A stretch of DNA of 64,000 nucleotides from a virus: positions 4,084 through 68,083 of IMG/VR virus record IMGVR_UViG_3300025168_000074; one strand, written 5' to 3'. Every line of letters starts with the position of its first letter. Positions within the stretch are counted from its first letter, which is position 1. Position numbers and translations under genes: made by a program. Under the pieces are notes generated by a model. That model was not told the DNA's origin. It searched no databases and saw only the letters and a list, made by a program, of their open reading frames with translations. Positions 16,200-27,268 of this stretch are shown in pieces.

Positions 16200-17921
16200 A
16201 TGGCTGCCGAATCAGAATTACCCGAACTAATCTCCTCCATCAAATCGTTGGCGGAAGGGTTAGCAGCTGATAGAGCCAAAAAAACAGACGCAGAAGATGC
16301 AAAAACTTCTTCAAAAACCCTCGCTACTAATTTAGCTAAAAACTCCGTAGCTGTGTTAGGGTTGTCGCAAGGTCTCACCTCGATGAAAGGCTTCTTTTCT
16401 CAAGCAGCAAGAGACAACACTAAGGTTGTTGGTCAACTGGCGAAGTTTACTACAGCATCTACCACTACAAGCAAACAGTTATTAGCGTCTCTAGACACCG
16501 GTTACACTACCATGCAAGAAGGGTTGGCAACTCAAGGGGAGTTGATTAATATGGGTATGGCTGACATGTCAAAAGGGAATAAAGAATCCTTTATTGCTAT
16601 GAAGGCTTTAGGGGTTAATCTCGCTGGAGTAACATCCATTACCCGATTCAATCAGGAAGCATTAGGCATAAGTGCTGACGCATCTACCGAGTTATCCAAG
16701 AGCCTTATTGAGACCGCGATAAAGAACGGTACCAGTATGGAAGCCTTGGTTAGCGCCGTTGAATCCATGAGAGGAGCTTTAATAAAGACTTCTGTCGAAT
16801 TGGGACCTGAGATGTCCATGAAAGTGCAGAATGTTGTGGCTCGTATGACCCAAAACAATTCTGATTTAGCGGGAGCGGCAGCCAACTTTGTCACAAGCCT
16901 CGTTTCAGGAGAAGAAGGCTTCTTCAAAGCAGCTAAACTAGGAATAATGTTCAACAGAGGTGATTCGGAAGACCAGTTAGTTGCCAAAATAGAAGAGGCA
17001 GCCCGTCGAATGAATCAGATGAGCGCAGGTGCCGAAGGCGGTGTTGCGTTCCAGAGATTTGAAGATGCGTTTGGTATATCAAGAGAAAACTTTCTGGTTG
17101 CCAAGAAACTAGGTACTAATATAGAGCGGATGAGAAGGGCTGATACTAAAAGTGCTACTGAACAGCTTAAACAAATGGACGTAGGCAGGCAGATAGAAGT
17201 TAATTCCTTTATGCTGCAGTCTAAAGGAGTTGATTTTATGCAGGGAGTAGCCCAGGCTACCGCACCTCTACAGATGTTCGTACCTTTAGCACTAACCGCT
17301 TTAGGAACTATCGCCTCAATGACTACCATGATGGCGCTTAAAGGTACTGGCGCAAATCCGACAAGTATTCTGGGTTCGCTTAAAGCTAAAACAGGACTGC
17401 TGCCTTGGGCTGCTGGGTTAGCTGGACTCCTGTCTACTGCTAAAGATATGGACGATGTTATTAATGGTTCACGTAAAAAGGAAGATATGGGTGGAATCGG
17501 CGGAGGTGTTGTCGGGGGGACTATTGGATTTGCCTTGGGCGGTCCGATTGGTATGGGTATAGGCGCGATGCTTGGTAATGTTGTAGGTGGATACATAGGA
17601 CATGCGTCTGATGAGAACACATCACACGCTACAAGAACCAACGAGCTTCTTAAGGAGATGCACGGTCAAGACGGAAAGACGCAAGAAGATACAGAACAGA
17701 TTCGTCGAATCCAGCAAGACCAAGAGCGTCGAGCTAGAACCTTGTCAAACCCACAAATATCTATTCTTACTACTATAAACGATACCCTTGTTAGGAACCT
17801 AGCGGTACTAGAAAGAACCGCTGGTCAGACACGCCGTCAAACGGAACTTATCGAAGATTCAAAATTCGACAACGCTACTATGAAAGCTCCTATGCTGAGT
17901 AGGGCTATAGGTGGGACTTAA
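16200..17921 (+). CDS. Putative tape measure protein
   Basis: 573 aa, Ala/Leu/Met-rich helical, hydrophobic and glycine-zipper segments, first gene of baseplate cluster. Confidence 0.7.
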   Translation: MAAESELPELISSIKSLAEGLAADRAKKTDAEDAKTSSKTLATNLAKNSVAVLGLSQGLTSMKGFFSQAARDNTKVVGQLAKFTTASTTTSKQLLASLDTGYTTMQEGLATQGELINMGMADMSKGNKESFIAMKALGVNLAGVTSITRFNQEALGISADASTELSKSLIETAIKNGTSMEALVSAVESMRGALIKTSVELGPEMSMKVQNVVARMTQNNSDLAGAAANFVTSLVSGEEGFFKAAKLGIMFNRGDSEDQLVAKIEEAARRMNQMSAGAEGGVAFQRFEDAFGISRENFLVAKKLGTNIERMRRADTKSATEQLKQMDVGRQIEVNSFMLQSKGVDFMQGVAQATAPLQMFVPLALTALGTIASMTTMMALKGTGANPTSILGSLKAKTGLLPWAAGLAGLLSTAKDMDDVINGSRKKEDMGGIGGGVVGGTIGFALGGPIGMGIGAMLGNVVGGYIGHASDENTSHATRTNELLKEMHGQDGKTQEDTEQIRRIQQDQERRARTLSNPQISILTTINDTLVRNLAVLERTAGQTRRQTELIEDSKFDNATMKAPMLSRAIGGT

Positions 17922-17930
17922 ATTTAAATT

Positions 17931-19079
17931 ATGGCAGCAAACTCAACATGGGATTTTTCAAAAGGACTTGGCTACAATGGTAGACCAGGGATAAACCAAG
18001 CTGTAGAAAAGCGTTCTGGTTTGCTGTTTAACTATGGTGGAACTGCTCGTTCCCTGGGCAAGACCATGAAAAGATGGTTACCCTTTTACGAAAACCCTCA
18101 AATTGTTGAAAGTAGGAAAGCTAATTATGCGTCCACTGACATCTTTTTAAGGAATGAGCCTGTTAGGTTATTCACAGGTGCGGACGCAAGACAGTTTAGA
18201 GTAGAGATTCACTACACTTTAATCCATATGGCATCCATGGTACCTACTTCTGAAATTTTAAAAATGTTTAGTAATGATAAAAAGTTAGACGACGACGAGA
18301 TAACAAAGGTTGAGGAGTACGTCAGAAATGTAATCCGACGAGACACAGGAAGTAGGCGCCCTTTAGGTGAAGGTACTGCAGAACAATTAGCCCGAGCCGT
18401 CCAAGCTATTAATGGAACTCCTAATGTTCCTTCACAAGCAAATAATCCTTATACTAATAATTTTCCAAACCAAATAAATAATATGGATGGTCTGAACTCC
18501 ATTGCTAATTCCCAAAGAAGTCTAGCGGACTCCATGTTAGAGGAAGTTGCGAGTCGGGCTACCGACGGCACCGACGGACCCTTTGGTAAACTTCCAAACA
18601 GTATATCCTCTCAGTGGAACGACGCTTTAATTTATACTATGGGAACTCAGTCTGGGTATAATAAGCTAACAGCACTTCTTCAATACGCAATGAACCATAT
18701 CCGTGCTTCAGTAATGGGAAGTGGGGAGGTTGCGGTTAAAGGTCCACCTATCGTTCAGTTAAAGCATGGAGCTATGTATGACTTTGTCCCGTGTATTGTA
18801 AAAGATTACCGCCTGCAGCCTGTAGACGATGCAGGCTTCGACGCCAAATCACTCTTCTCCCAAAGACTTAAAGTATCTTTAACTTTAGAGGAAATGAGGA
18901 GCGTTCATGGGAATCAATTTGGCGACCCTTCCATAACCGGTTCTTTACCCGGATGGGAGAATATTCTCCAGACAGGCACCTTACCTACTCCGTTACCTAC
19001 GACTGCTAAACAACATAAACTCATGGATGACTCCAACTTCCAAAACGAGATAAAAGAATCATTACCTTGGCTTAAATAA
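17931..19079 (+). CDS. Tail tube initiator-like baseplate protein (gp48/gp54-like)
   Basis: ESRKANYA...RNEPV...GPPIVQLKHG...PCIVKDY...VSLTLEE; position between tape measure and LysM/gp53-like gene. Confidence 0.65.
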   Translation: MAANSTWDFSKGLGYNGRPGINQAVEKRSGLLFNYGGTARSLGKTMKRWLPFYENPQIVESRKANYASTDIFLRNEPVRLFTGADARQFRVEIHYTLIHMASMVPTSEILKMFSNDKKLDDDEITKVEEYVRNVIRRDTGSRRPLGEGTAEQLARAVQAINGTPNVPSQANNPYTNNFPNQINNMDGLNSIANSQRSLADSMLEEVASRATDGTDGPFGKLPNSISSQWNDALIYTMGTQSGYNKLTALLQYAMNHIRASVMGSGEVAVKGPPIVQLKHGAMYDFVPCIVKDYRLQPVDDAGFDAKSLFSQRLKVSLTLEEMRSVHGNQFGDPSITGSLPGWENILQTGTLPTPLPTTAKQHKLMDDSNFQNEIKESLPWLK

Positions 19080-19081
19080 TT

Positions 19082-19381
19082 ATGGCATTTTCTAACGACC
19101 GCGCAAGTATTTTCCCTGGACGAGTTATTTCTCATCGAGGAAAGACTATAACAGATATAGGAAGTTCTCCTTCTTATCTTTCTTTTCTAGAACAACAAAG
19201 CACAGCAACTAATTATAGAGTTGCTATTGTTCCTAATGATATGGAAGGTAGACCGGATTTGCTGTCCTACGCCGCCTATGGCACAGAGCTAATGTGGTGG
19301 TTAATCGTCGAAGCTAATTCAATTTACGACTACGAAGAAGATTTGAAAGCTGGCACTCAAATAATGATACCCCAACTCTAG
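19082..19381 (+). CDS. Baseplate wedge protein, gp53/LysM-like
   Basis: GRPDLLSYAAYG..LMWWLIVEAN.I......LKAGTQIMIP. Confidence 0.85.
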   Translation: MAFSNDRASIFPGRVISHRGKTITDIGSSPSYLSFLEQQSTATNYRVAIVPNDMEGRPDLLSYAAYGTELMWWLIVEANSIYDYEEDLKAGTQIMIPQL

Positions 19382-19384
19382 GAA

Positions 19385-22300
19385 ATGATTGGAACACCTC
19401 CTACCGAAACAAATACACGAGCATATAATGGTAACAGCGTTGCTTCCGTGTATATTTCTTCGGGCTATGGTGACCTAGTAACTAAGACTGATGGTGGTTC
19501 CGGTCCAAATGGACAATTTGATGACCCCTCGTTAAGCCTGCAAAACGGTATTTACGGTATGTCAGACCCGGCTAACTTACAAGGTTTGGTAGAAAGGTTT
19601 GAGGTTGAGCTTGAGCAAGGTGGTACCTCTAAAGGAACCTATCGACTCCGTCTTATAAATCCCACGGATGAACTAGAACTATTTTTGTTCGGGATTTATA
19701 ACGCTGTATTCCCTTCCACAAAAACGTCCTTTGATATTTATGCGGAAGCTGCTTTAGAGCAGCAAGCAAAGACTACTGTAAATGCTGTTGACGAGGAAAA
19801 CCCTTTAAAAGACCTTTTGTCTCGTGGTATGCAGTTACCTTTTCTTTACCTCCGTTGGGGGTATGGTACTAAGTTAGAAGAAGGGCTATCTCGAATACAT
19901 AAATGCGTATTGTTTAGCTGCGACTACTCTATAAACGCTAATAAGGACAAGGTTATAGAGCTTCATCTTATTGATTGGTTTTCAAGCCTCGCCGAAAACC
20001 AAACGTTTAACATTGCTCCGCACCTAACAGAAGTGTCGTGTTTGGACGAAAATAAACAACTTAAAAACTTTAATGTAGTTGTGGAGGAGCTTATCACGAA
20101 GTATGCGGGCGTATTTCCCGGGGTACTTCCTTTGTACGATTCGGAGAGCTCTAATATGGAGCAACTGAAGGTAATCGCTAGTAATATGGCGGTACTTCGC
20201 TGGAACGAGTACCAGGAATACGTTAAAACAGATTCGGTAGGGCAACCTCTTAACTTTGCCAATTTTGTTGCGAGTAGTACTGGTGAGACTGCGGCGTCTT
20301 CACTAGGTAGTGCCGATGTTCTTACTATAAGTGATAACCTTACTTTAGGCAGAGACTTTAGTGATAGCGAAAACGAGTTATCCGCCGCTCACAAAATATG
20401 GCTTGGGGCGTATTCTGAGATATTTAAATTTTTAGGTATAAAGCAGAGCCACTTATCAGACCAAGGGGATATTCAACCAGTCTCCCTTTCCAACTCTGCG
20501 TTCGCTCAGCCCGATTCCCGCAGTGCTCTAGGAAAAGCGTACAATTACTATAAAGACACTACGGTTATGAAGACAACCGATATTGGGGAATTAGATTTTA
20601 TGGTACCTGTATGGGAAGCGCCTGAGGTTAAGTCTACTTGGATTGCCCAAGACCCCACATTAATGGTGGCGGCGAAGCCCAAACTACAGCCCTTCTTCAC
20701 ACCACGCCCTGTTAACTACAATCCAAATGCTGTGGTGCAAGAGGAGATGACGACCAATATAGGTAGTCCATATGTAAAAGGTTATTTGTGTGGCACCGGT
20801 TTGCAAGCCCGGTCAAAATTGAAGGATATTGGAGATGATTCTTTAGGTCGAGATGGTAAAGTAATAGATGCTTACACATTAACATATGCGGAGTTCGAGA
20901 ATGCTATCGTGGAGCTTCGAAAATTAAATGATTTTGTTCTTGAGGGGAAAAGCTTTGGTATGGACAGCGGCGAATTCGAGTTAATGCCTACGGCACTGCT
21001 TACTGCGACAACCATTAATAACTCTCAACCAAGCTGGTCGCCATTTAGCGCACCTATTCCGTTTTCGAATTACCTTTTATACAGTCCTGTAAATGCATCC
21101 GAAACCATCTCCCCAACAACCAGCAGCCCGTACGTCGGGGCAGGGCTTCCATTACTTAGCGCAGGAAGCTTCCAAACAAAAGGTCGTAGTTTGAAATCAG
21201 GTAAGACTGTTACCCCTGGTCTCCCGGAGTACCAGTATATTTATACCGACGAGGTTACTATAGGAACTGACAGTAACATTATGGACCTTGAAACCAAGCA
21301 TGATTATTACGCAACCACGACCGGGCGCTCGCGTATCAATAATGCAAATCCTTTTATGCGATTGGTCCCGTCCCCCCAAGCAATTATCACTCTCGAAGCG
21401 AAATTTCTGCAAATGCAAAAATACGTACTTGAGTTGGCTAAAGGGGGTATTCCTAAGGAAGTAGGTGGCTCCGTACTTCAAGGTACAAAGCAACCAGAAG
21501 ACCTCCTACCTCCGGCAGAACCATCCCGCGACCTCGAGGCACCTTACTCGCACTCCGTGACAGCATTTCTAGGCACGGGAAACTCTACCACTCCACATAT
21601 TACGGGGGTGCTTATTAATTTAGTTACGGGCATGAACAAATTGGTAGTGGGTGAGGCGGACCCTTTCGTAGTACAGCAAGTAGATTTAACTCAATTAACT
21701 CCGGAAGAGCTTACCGATATGTTTAAACCAACGGGGTTACTTCACGACCTTACCACAGGACCTTCTAACCTTTCGACGCTGCAATCGAATTTAAATATAT
21801 TATTAAATAGACCTACATTACTTTTGATAGGTAGAAGCAGTTGGTTAGTTAACGCTTTTTCTAATAGATTGTTGTCAAAAATTAATTCTTTTCCTGAAAT
21901 AACGAGAGTAGAAGAAGAGTACCAAGATTATATTTTCTTATCTTACGGAGAAAAAGATTCTATTGTAACTGATTTAAATTTTACGGGAGACATAAGAACA
22001 CTTTATAATATACCGAGAGCATTTTATTCAACTAGACAGTTTAATAGTCTTCAAGGATTTTTCAAAACAACTAGTGACAGTGAAAGTAATCAAATGCTTA
22101 AAGATATGATTCTTTTTGTGCATGATACTCAAAACAAAGAAACGTTATCTAATTTACAATACGCACTTACACAAAGTTCAGACGATGAGCTTACTAAATC
22201 ACTGTTAAAGGATAGAGATGCAATTGAAACTGAGCGAGCAGATATAAAAAATCTAAATTCGATTGATTACGTGACCCATAAAGAATACTTAGATATGTTC

Positions 22301-22843
22301 CCCGCTTTAATCACTGAATTTACCGATGAACAATTAGAATCCGCAGGGTTCAAAGACCCTTTGGCTGCTCGTAAAGTAACTAGTATTTTGGGCTCCAAAG
22401 AATTTACAGACATTTTATTTCCTGCTGTGTCATATAATCCCGGAGGAATTTTTTTGGAAACCACAAAAACTCCTCTACCACTCCGCCGACAATTAGACGT
22501 CGCCTATTTCAATCAAAAGTTATCGCAATTAGAAAGAGCTTCTATGGACGCAAAAAAGAACTATGTAGAAAATACTCAAAACGAAGCTTGGCAAATTCAA
22601 ATCGCCACACTTGGAATACCAGAAATTGATGTTATGGGTGCCGAGTTCTTCGCACGAAGAGTTTATCTTACCGTAAACACCCCCCGAGGAGGAAAGACTA
22701 AAGAGGGGACCGAAGGATTGCATTGGCTTTCCGGTATCTACTCTATCGTCGGCATAAGACACGAGCTAGAACCTTCCTCAGGATTTATCACTAACCTATC
22801 ACTTGTAAAAGTACCCGCAGCAGCCATGACTACCTATGCCTAA
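19385..22843 (+). CDS. Baseplate hub protein (gp27-like) with large insertions
   Basis: LYLRWGYG, IATLGIP, C-terminal LSGIYSIVGIRHEL...GFITNLSLVK; precedes spike gene. Confidence 0.7.
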   Translation: MIGTPPTETNTRAYNGNSVASVYISSGYGDLVTKTDGGSGPNGQFDDPSLSLQNGIYGMSDPANLQGLVERFEVELEQGGTSKGTYRLRLINPTDELELFLFGIYNAVFPSTKTSFDIYAEAALEQQAKTTVNAVDEENPLKDLLSRGMQLPFLYLRWGYGTKLEEGLSRIHKCVLFSCDYSINANKDKVIELHLIDWFSSLAENQTFNIAPHLTEVSCLDENKQLKNFNVVVEELITKYAGVFPGVLPLYDSESSNMEQLKVIASNMAVLRWNEYQEYVKTDSVGQPLNFANFVASSTGETAASSLGSADVLTISDNLTLGRDFSDSENELSAAHKIWLGAYSEIFKFLGIKQSHLSDQGDIQPVSLSNSAFAQPDSRSALGKAYNYYKDTTVMKTTDIGELDFMVPVWEAPEVKSTWIAQDPTLMVAAKPKLQPFFTPRPVNYNPNAVVQEEMTTNIGSPYVKGYLCGTGLQARSKLKDIGDDSLGRDGKVIDAYTLTYAEFENAIVELRKLNDFVLEGKSFGMDSGEFELMPTALLTATTINNSQPSWSPFSAPIPFSNYLLYSPVNASETISPTTSSPYVGAGLPLLSAGSFQTKGRSLKSGKTVTPGLPEYQYIYTDEVTIGTDSNIMDLETKHDYYATTTGRSRINNANPFMRLVPSPQAIITLEAKFLQMQKYVLELAKGGIPKEVGGSVLQGTKQPEDLLPPAEPSRDLEAPYSHSVTAFLGTGNSTTPHITGVLINLVTGMNKLVVGEADPFVVQQVDLTQLTPEELTDMFKPTGLLHDLTTGPSNLSTLQSNLNILLNRPTLLLIGRSSWLVNAFSNRLLSKINSFPEITRVEEEYQDYIFLSYGEKDSIVTDLNFTGDIRTLYNIPRAFYSTRQFNSLQGFFKTTSDSESNQMLKDMILFVHDTQNKETLSNLQYALTQSSDDELTKSLLKDRDAIETERADIKNLNSIDYVTHKEYLDMFPALITEFTDEQLESAGFKDPLAARKVTSILGSKEFTDILFPAVSYNPGGIFLETTKTPLPLRRQLDVAYFNQKLSQLERASMDAKKNYVENTQNEAWQIQIATLGIPEIDVMGAEFFARRVYLTVNTPRGGKTKEGTEGLHWLSGIYSIVGIRHELEPSSGFITNLSLVKVPAAAMTTYA

Positions 22844-24119
22844 TGTAACACCCTCCGAACAAGCCGCCGCTCTAACTAGAGCTAATGGTGGCACCGCTAC
22901 AACTGCAGCCCAAAGAGAAGCGGCTTTTGGACAAACCACCCAAGCCCCCACATTCGGCTTCGGTATTGTTAAGGGTTGTAGTGACAGTGAAAAGGGTGGT
23001 CAGTTATTGGTACTCGCGGATATCTTTGGACCCCTTGCAGTACCTTGCGCTTACGTCTCTCCTGTAGGGGGAGGAGGTGCTGGGTTTTTTGCTCTTCCTG
23101 GTATAGGAGCTACTGTGTTATGTGCAAATATTCCGTCAACTAACCCTCCCGTACAAAATGTATGGATGGGTTGTCTGTACCCAGAGGGGTCTGTTATCCC
23201 CGAAAGCTACGTAACACAACCATACTCAAAAACTGAGAGGGAGGTATCTAAATTTTATACCCCAGAAATAACTCCTCCTCGAGGAAAACCTACACAGCTT
23301 GCGGTGGGCGCAGGAGTACCTAACCAAGACGTAATTTATTTAGATAATAATCTACCTAATTCGTATGTATTCCAACACCCGGCTGGACATTCATTTAGAA
23401 TGACTAAGAAAGTTACGAGACATCGTAACCAAAATGAAATTGTAGTGCGTAGCGCTATGGGAAAAAGATTGGTGTTAAGCGATGCACCTGCTGACAAAGG
23501 AGGAAACTCACTACAGTTGTTGGACGAGAACGATAATGGGCTATCTATTTACACACAAAGTACCGCACCTACTGTAAAGATAGAGACTGATGGCGATATA
23601 GTACAAAAAACTAGGGTGGGGGATATAACCTCTACCATCTCAGCAGACGCTAAAGATGCTTCTATTGAATCGACCAATGCTGGTATAAACAGTCATATCG
23701 GTGTAAGCAGTATTGGTGATAGCGGAACTCTTAACTTAACAGCCTCTAAAGAGATTATCCTTCAGGTGGGAGGCTCCCAAATAATAATGACTGAGAACGC
23801 TATAACAATTAACGCCACTAAATTAAACATTACTGGTGGAGACGGCTCAGATATTACCCTAGCAAGTATTCCTTTTGTGGACCACACACACGGCGTTACT
23901 GTCAATATACCTGATTCTATATTAAACACAATAGCCGTTACTACCACAGGCATAGGAACGGCTACCTTAGATGGAGCAGCCATAAAACAGGGGCTGCAAG
24001 CCACGACCGTAGCCAGCACAGGAACGGTTTTATCAACGACCGGTGGTCTAACTACCCAAGAAATCACAAGTAAGCCTATAACTTCAACCGGTTCCAGCGA
24101 ACCACTCTACCTCGCGTAG
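22836..24119 (+). CDS. Baseplate central spike (gp5/gpV/VgrG-like)
   Basis: OB-fold motif GFFALPGIGATVL...WMGCL, beta-repeat region, DHTH metal-binding motif. Confidence 0.8.
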   Translation: MPNVTPSEQAAALTRANGGTATTAAQREAAFGQTTQAPTFGFGIVKGCSDSEKGGQLLVLADIFGPLAVPCAYVSPVGGGGAGFFALPGIGATVLCANIPSTNPPVQNVWMGCLYPEGSVIPESYVTQPYSKTEREVSKFYTPEITPPRGKPTQLAVGAGVPNQDVIYLDNNLPNSYVFQHPAGHSFRMTKKVTRHRNQNEIVVRSAMGKRLVLSDAPADKGGNSLQLLDENDNGLSIYTQSTAPTVKIETDGDIVQKTRVGDITSTISADAKDASIESTNAGINSHIGVSSIGDSGTLNLTASKEIILQVGGSQIIMTENAITINATKLNITGGDGSDITLASIPFVDHTHGVTVNIPDSILNTIAVTTTGIGTATLDGAAIKQGLQATTVASTGTVLSTTGGLTTQEITSKPITSTGSSEPLYLA

Positions 24120-24141
24120 CATACCTAAATAATACAAGAAA

Positions 24142-27100
24142 ATGATAGAACTAAAAAAAGCAAGTGCAATGTTGATGAGTACGGCATCCCTCATCGCAGT
24201 CGGAAACCTATTGGTTCAACAGGCTTCGTCTTTAGGAAATAAAATTGCGTCGACACAAAACAAAGCCGACGCTTTAGAAGGTAAGTCCACGGTACAAACC
24301 GGTGCTAATGGTGTCGCTAAAGTGGATGGTAACTCAGGCAATACAGGAGACCCTAATACGGTAGCCGCTGACGCTGATGCCGCGAAAACTGTAGCAGATG
24401 CGGGGTATGCACCTTTCGTTCCTGGAAGCGTTCCTAACCCTCCTGACGAAGGAACTTTAGAAGGTCTGTATAATGATGCCTCGGAACTAGCAGGAGATGC
24501 GGTAGGTTTAGTTAATAAATACGCAGGAAATGTTATGGGTCTTTTAATGGCATACCGAGGTCTTATAGCGGGGTTCAATATATTGATGGCGCTGATTGAG
24601 AAAAACCAAGCCGTTGTCAACCAAAGACTTACGAACCGTGCTGCAGGAATTGAACCTGAACCCCAAGTTAACTTCGAGGCACTTCAAACCGAAGAGCTTC
24701 CCCCAGATGTTAAAGCGGAGATAGAGAATGCTGCTTTAACATATAAACAACTTGTACAATCCCAGGTAATAATCCCTGCTACTGAATTAGAAGCAAGGCA
24801 AGCCGCCATACAATTACAGCTGTCTGGAACCGGAGAGCCCGTACCAGTATTTGATTTAGAGTTCGGTCCGCCTATCTCTGCCTCTAATAAATTTATATTA
24901 TCAAAAGATGGTCTGTATTACAATTCTCGAACTCAAGACGTCCCAATAATCAACCCTAGAGAAGGAAGCGATAAGACTTGGGATTTAGATTACGATTCAA
25001 ACGTAGGTGGTCGAGGTTTAACCTTTAGTGAAGATGATACTTATGGCAATTTTGGAACTGTTTTTCATATCGATACAGATATAGGAAAAGGAAACCCTGT
25101 AGCGGAATCCTACCACCTATACGATGACGTATTACAACAATTTAAAGACGACAAAGTTTCTCAAATAACTGAGGTTTCTGGATACATCACAGAGTTAATC
25201 GGTAATAATTATTCTGATGATGACGCATTGGTACAATCTTACACCGCGCAACTCGCTGGAGTAGCTGCTACTTATGATTATAAGATAAAGAAAAGAAAGA
25301 AGCAGTTAGACTTAGCAGCTGTATACGGTAGAGACACATTTTTTCTTACTGACCGGGACCACCCACTAGGAGAAGGTCTCTTCTTCCAATACCAGATACC
25401 TACTGGAAAAGCTTTTGAGTATAATTTGCGTTACAAGGATTTAAACGCGGAATTGAAAACCATTACCTTTCTATCAGTACAAACAGACGATGGTCCCACG
25501 ACGGTAGCATGGAATAAAAAAACAAATAAGATTACTACTGTCCCTGACCAAGATACAGTGATGGCAGCAGTAGGAGATTGGAAACAGATACCAAGAATTC
25601 CTATTAACGATTTTTCTTATCTAAAAGAGTCGGATATCAGTTTAGATTCTCAGACAAAACTAACACTTTTCTCAGAGGATTTAGATACGGTTGTAGCTCC
25701 CTTTCAAGCTCGATATGTTATAGCTCCTAACGCGCCAGAAACATTCACTCAAAACCTATCGGTTGACCCAATAGGGTTAGGTGATTGGGTTAAAAGAAAA
25801 GGGTCTCGAAGTCTAAGTTCCTCTGAACCTCTTTACAAATCCCTAACGGACGATATCGTGGACGATGAATTAGTAGCCTGCTACAACTTCCTAGACCCGG
25901 ATGCCATAACACAACCTTCAGGAACCCTATACGCATTAAACAATGCTGCAGAAGGCTCTACAAGATTGGACGCTAAATTAGTTGGTACTAATGCTAATCG
26001 TATGTTCCCTTCTGGAGTAGGCACTGCTTATCTTGGTGGAACTATTTACGATATGCATTTATCCGAGTCGGCTGTATGGGCTGACATCAAAGGGTCCTAT
26101 GCGAGACTACCAAATATTACTAAAAATTATGAACTGTATAACCAACCTAACAAAGGAACCCGTGCGTTAGATAATTTATTTTACAGTATGGATGGAGTAA
26201 CTTTTGATTTTTGGGCATACGTACCTAGGGTTCACAGAGATATGACGGACGAACATCGATACCGTCTAGTGTTAGCCAACGAAAATAGTGGTCCGACCCC
26301 TGGACGATTTGTGGTAGCTAATCCGAACGACACGCAAAACAGAGGTACCGACGGAAGTAAAACTGTAGGTATGATGATGGGTTGGAGAGATAAAGGAAGC
26401 CCTCAACACGAAAACAGTTATACTACTAGTGGTCTGGAATTCTTTATTGCTCCCACAGTAGGACAAAATCAATCTTACACGCGCAACCCAGTTACTAGCT
26501 GGGGGCATAGTGTTTGTTTAGCAGAGAAATGGGGAGACGTAAACGCACCGACACCGTCTCAAGTATCTGCAATCGGAATGTTTATTCCAAGTGCCACTTT
26601 AAATCAAAGCGGGTCAGGTATCGCAGATGTAAGCAGTGCTTATCTTCACTTTAACGTGGCATTTGATTACGGCGCCAACCAAGTAAGGGTGTGTTTAGAC
26701 GGAGAACTTTTAACTACCTCCTCCATGGAAGATGTTTTGGGTGTAAATCCTTCGACAGCAGTTACACCAACTGCTGCACAAATAGGTAAAGCCCCACCTC
26801 TACCTCCAGACCCTACACGTGGGACTGCACCAACCAAGGAAAGCTTTTTAGGAGTTAATATTTACGATGAACCTTTAACACCGGAGAGAGTGCCGTTCCC
26901 TGTGTTTACCCCTTGGATTATTGGAGGTGGTTACACTGACAATATCCCAAGTATAGAAGGAACTGAGTACCGACCGATGGGATTCCTAGGCTCCAACACA
27001 AATAACACATACCAACTCACTCAGCCTGGCACTGCAGTAGCAACTACTACCATTGCTGGTAAGACTTACATAAAGGGGCAACACAACCCACCTTTGTCTA

Positions 27101-27264
27101 ACAGTAAGGGCTCCAGTGGACCTACTACTAGAGTTATCCCACGAAGTGGTTTAGACGGCTATCTTGGTAGTTTTAAGATTTACGGAAAGCCCCTAACTAC
27201 TATTGAGGCAAAAGTTAATTTTGATTCACAAAAAGGATTCTTTAAAAATATCCTAACCCCATAA
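24142..27264 (+). CDS. Large baseplate-associated protein, helical N-terminus and LamG-like C-terminal region
   Basis: TFDFWAYV, HFNVAFD..VRVCLDGEL, WIIGGG, DGYLGSFKIYGKPLT resemble LamG motifs; CTAAATA at 24125. Confidence 0.6.
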   Translation: MIELKKASAMLMSTASLIAVGNLLVQQASSLGNKIASTQNKADALEGKSTVQTGANGVAKVDGNSGNTGDPNTVAADADAAKTVADAGYAPFVPGSVPNPPDEGTLEGLYNDASELAGDAVGLVNKYAGNVMGLLMAYRGLIAGFNILMALIEKNQAVVNQRLTNRAAGIEPEPQVNFEALQTEELPPDVKAEIENAALTYKQLVQSQVIIPATELEARQAAIQLQLSGTGEPVPVFDLEFGPPISASNKFILSKDGLYYNSRTQDVPIINPREGSDKTWDLDYDSNVGGRGLTFSEDDTYGNFGTVFHIDTDIGKGNPVAESYHLYDDVLQQFKDDKVSQITEVSGYITELIGNNYSDDDALVQSYTAQLAGVAATYDYKIKKRKKQLDLAAVYGRDTFFLTDRDHPLGEGLFFQYQIPTGKAFEYNLRYKDLNAELKTITFLSVQTDDGPTTVAWNKKTNKITTVPDQDTVMAAVGDWKQIPRIPINDFSYLKESDISLDSQTKLTLFSEDLDTVVAPFQARYVIAPNAPETFTQNLSVDPIGLGDWVKRKGSRSLSSSEPLYKSLTDDIVDDELVACYNFLDPDAITQPSGTLYALNNAAEGSTRLDAKLVGTNANRMFPSGVGTAYLGGTIYDMHLSESAVWADIKGSYARLPNITKNYELYNQPNKGTRALDNLFYSMDGVTFDFWAYVPRVHRDMTDEHRYRLVLANENSGPTPGRFVVANPNDTQNRGTDGSKTVGMMMGWRDKGSPQHENSYTTSGLEFFIAPTVGQNQSYTRNPVTSWGHSVCLAEKWGDVNAPTPSQVSAIGMFIPSATLNQSGSGIADVSSAYLHFNVAFDYGANQVRVCLDGELLTTSSMEDVLGVNPSTAVTPTAAQIGKAPPLPPDPTRGTAPTKESFLGVNIYDEPLTPERVPFPVFTPWIIGGGYTDNIPSIEGTEYRPMGFLGSNTNNTYQLTQPGTAVATTTIAGKTYIKGQHNPPLSNSKGSSGPTTRVIPRSGLDGYLGSFKIYGKPLTTIEAKVNFDSQKGFFKNILTP

Positions 27265-27268
27265 TACC

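Noticed and set aside
17015-17641. 208 aa minus-strand ORF and similar antisense or alternate-frame ORFs (e.g. 393-698, 9413-9853, 10398-10874, 24216-24620, 46505-46861)
   Set aside because: Lie wholly within longer, better supported genes; composition mirrors the sense-strand codon bias
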